The notes beneath the pieces were generated by a model that was given only the letters and a program-made list of their open reading frames with translations, did not search any database and had not been told where the DNA came from. Of a DNA stretch of 64,000 nucleotides, positions 63,768-64,000 are shown piece after piece. Both the position numbers and the translations under genes were made by a program. Source of the stretch: Escherichia coli (lineage in GTDB: Bacteria > Pseudomonadota > Gammaproteobacteria > Enterobacterales > Enterobacteriaceae); NCBI RefSeq assembly GCF_009931435.1, contig NZ_CP043414.1, one strand, 5' to 3'. The first letter of the stretch is position 1. Each line of letters begins with the position of its first letter.

Positions 63768-64000
63768 TCAGAAGGTCACATTCAGTGTGGCCTGACCGTT
63801 ATACCCTTCAGCGCTGCTGCCGCTGACGCTGTGGGCATAACCGGCCTGAACGCCCAGGGTGATATTTTCCCGGACACGGGCTTCCAGTCCGGCCTGCAGG
63901 TCCAGTGATGTGCCATTCTGTGAGGGAGAGAACGTCATCCCGCTGCCTGCAGTGGAAGTCCCCACACGCATATCTCCCCGGGAGCTGAAGGTGCGGATAA
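63768..64000 (-). CDS. flu: antigen 43 autotransporter, C-terminal beta-barrel end (5' part outside window)
   Basis: Minus-strand frame open to the window end, terminating ...RGDMRVGTSTAGSGMTFSPSQ...YNGQATLNVTF (autotransporter C-terminal Phe). Confidence 0.85.
   Translation of the reverse strand, partial: IRTFSSRGDMRVGTSTAGSGMTFSPSQNGTSLDLQAGLEARVRENITLGVQAGYAHSVSGSSAEGYNGQATLNVTF

Overview
This window is an Escherichia coli / Shigella-type chromosomal segment covering, in order: the distal colanic acid (wca/cps) operon (wcaB' to wcaM, + strand, 1-18016); a gne/gnu-like epimerase gene and galF; an AT-rich, horizontally acquired O-antigen gene cluster (about 20566-27856) with a JUMPstart/ops element, three glycosyltransferases, wzy, wzx and an unusual 588-codon protein, whose last gene is cut by an IS1 copy (27852-28619); gnd, ugd and wzz; the complete histidine operon hisLGDCBHAFI on the minus strand (33032-40261); the yefM-yoeB toxin-antitoxin pair; yeeZ, yeeY, plaP(yeeF), yeeE, yeeD, sbcB, dacD, sbmC, an apparently frameshifted yeeA, and yeeX; and finally a CP4-44-like prophage remnant (from about 51300 to the window end) containing a PduV/EutP-like fragment, an IS629-like IS3-family element interrupted by a group II intron, an IS110-family transposase fragment, the cbtA/cbeA (yeeV/yeeU) toxin-antitoxin pair, yeeT, yeeS, antirestriction and DUF932-type genes, a large YeeR-like membrane protein and the 3' end of flu (Ag43). 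Gene order matches E. coli K-12 in reverse orientation. All calls rest on the six-frame ORF track, motifs read directly from the sequence and recalled knowledge of these families; no database search was run. The most notable items are the nested mobile elements (group II intron inside the IS629-like transposase gene), the IS1-truncated O-antigen cluster and its uncharacterised 588-aa protein.
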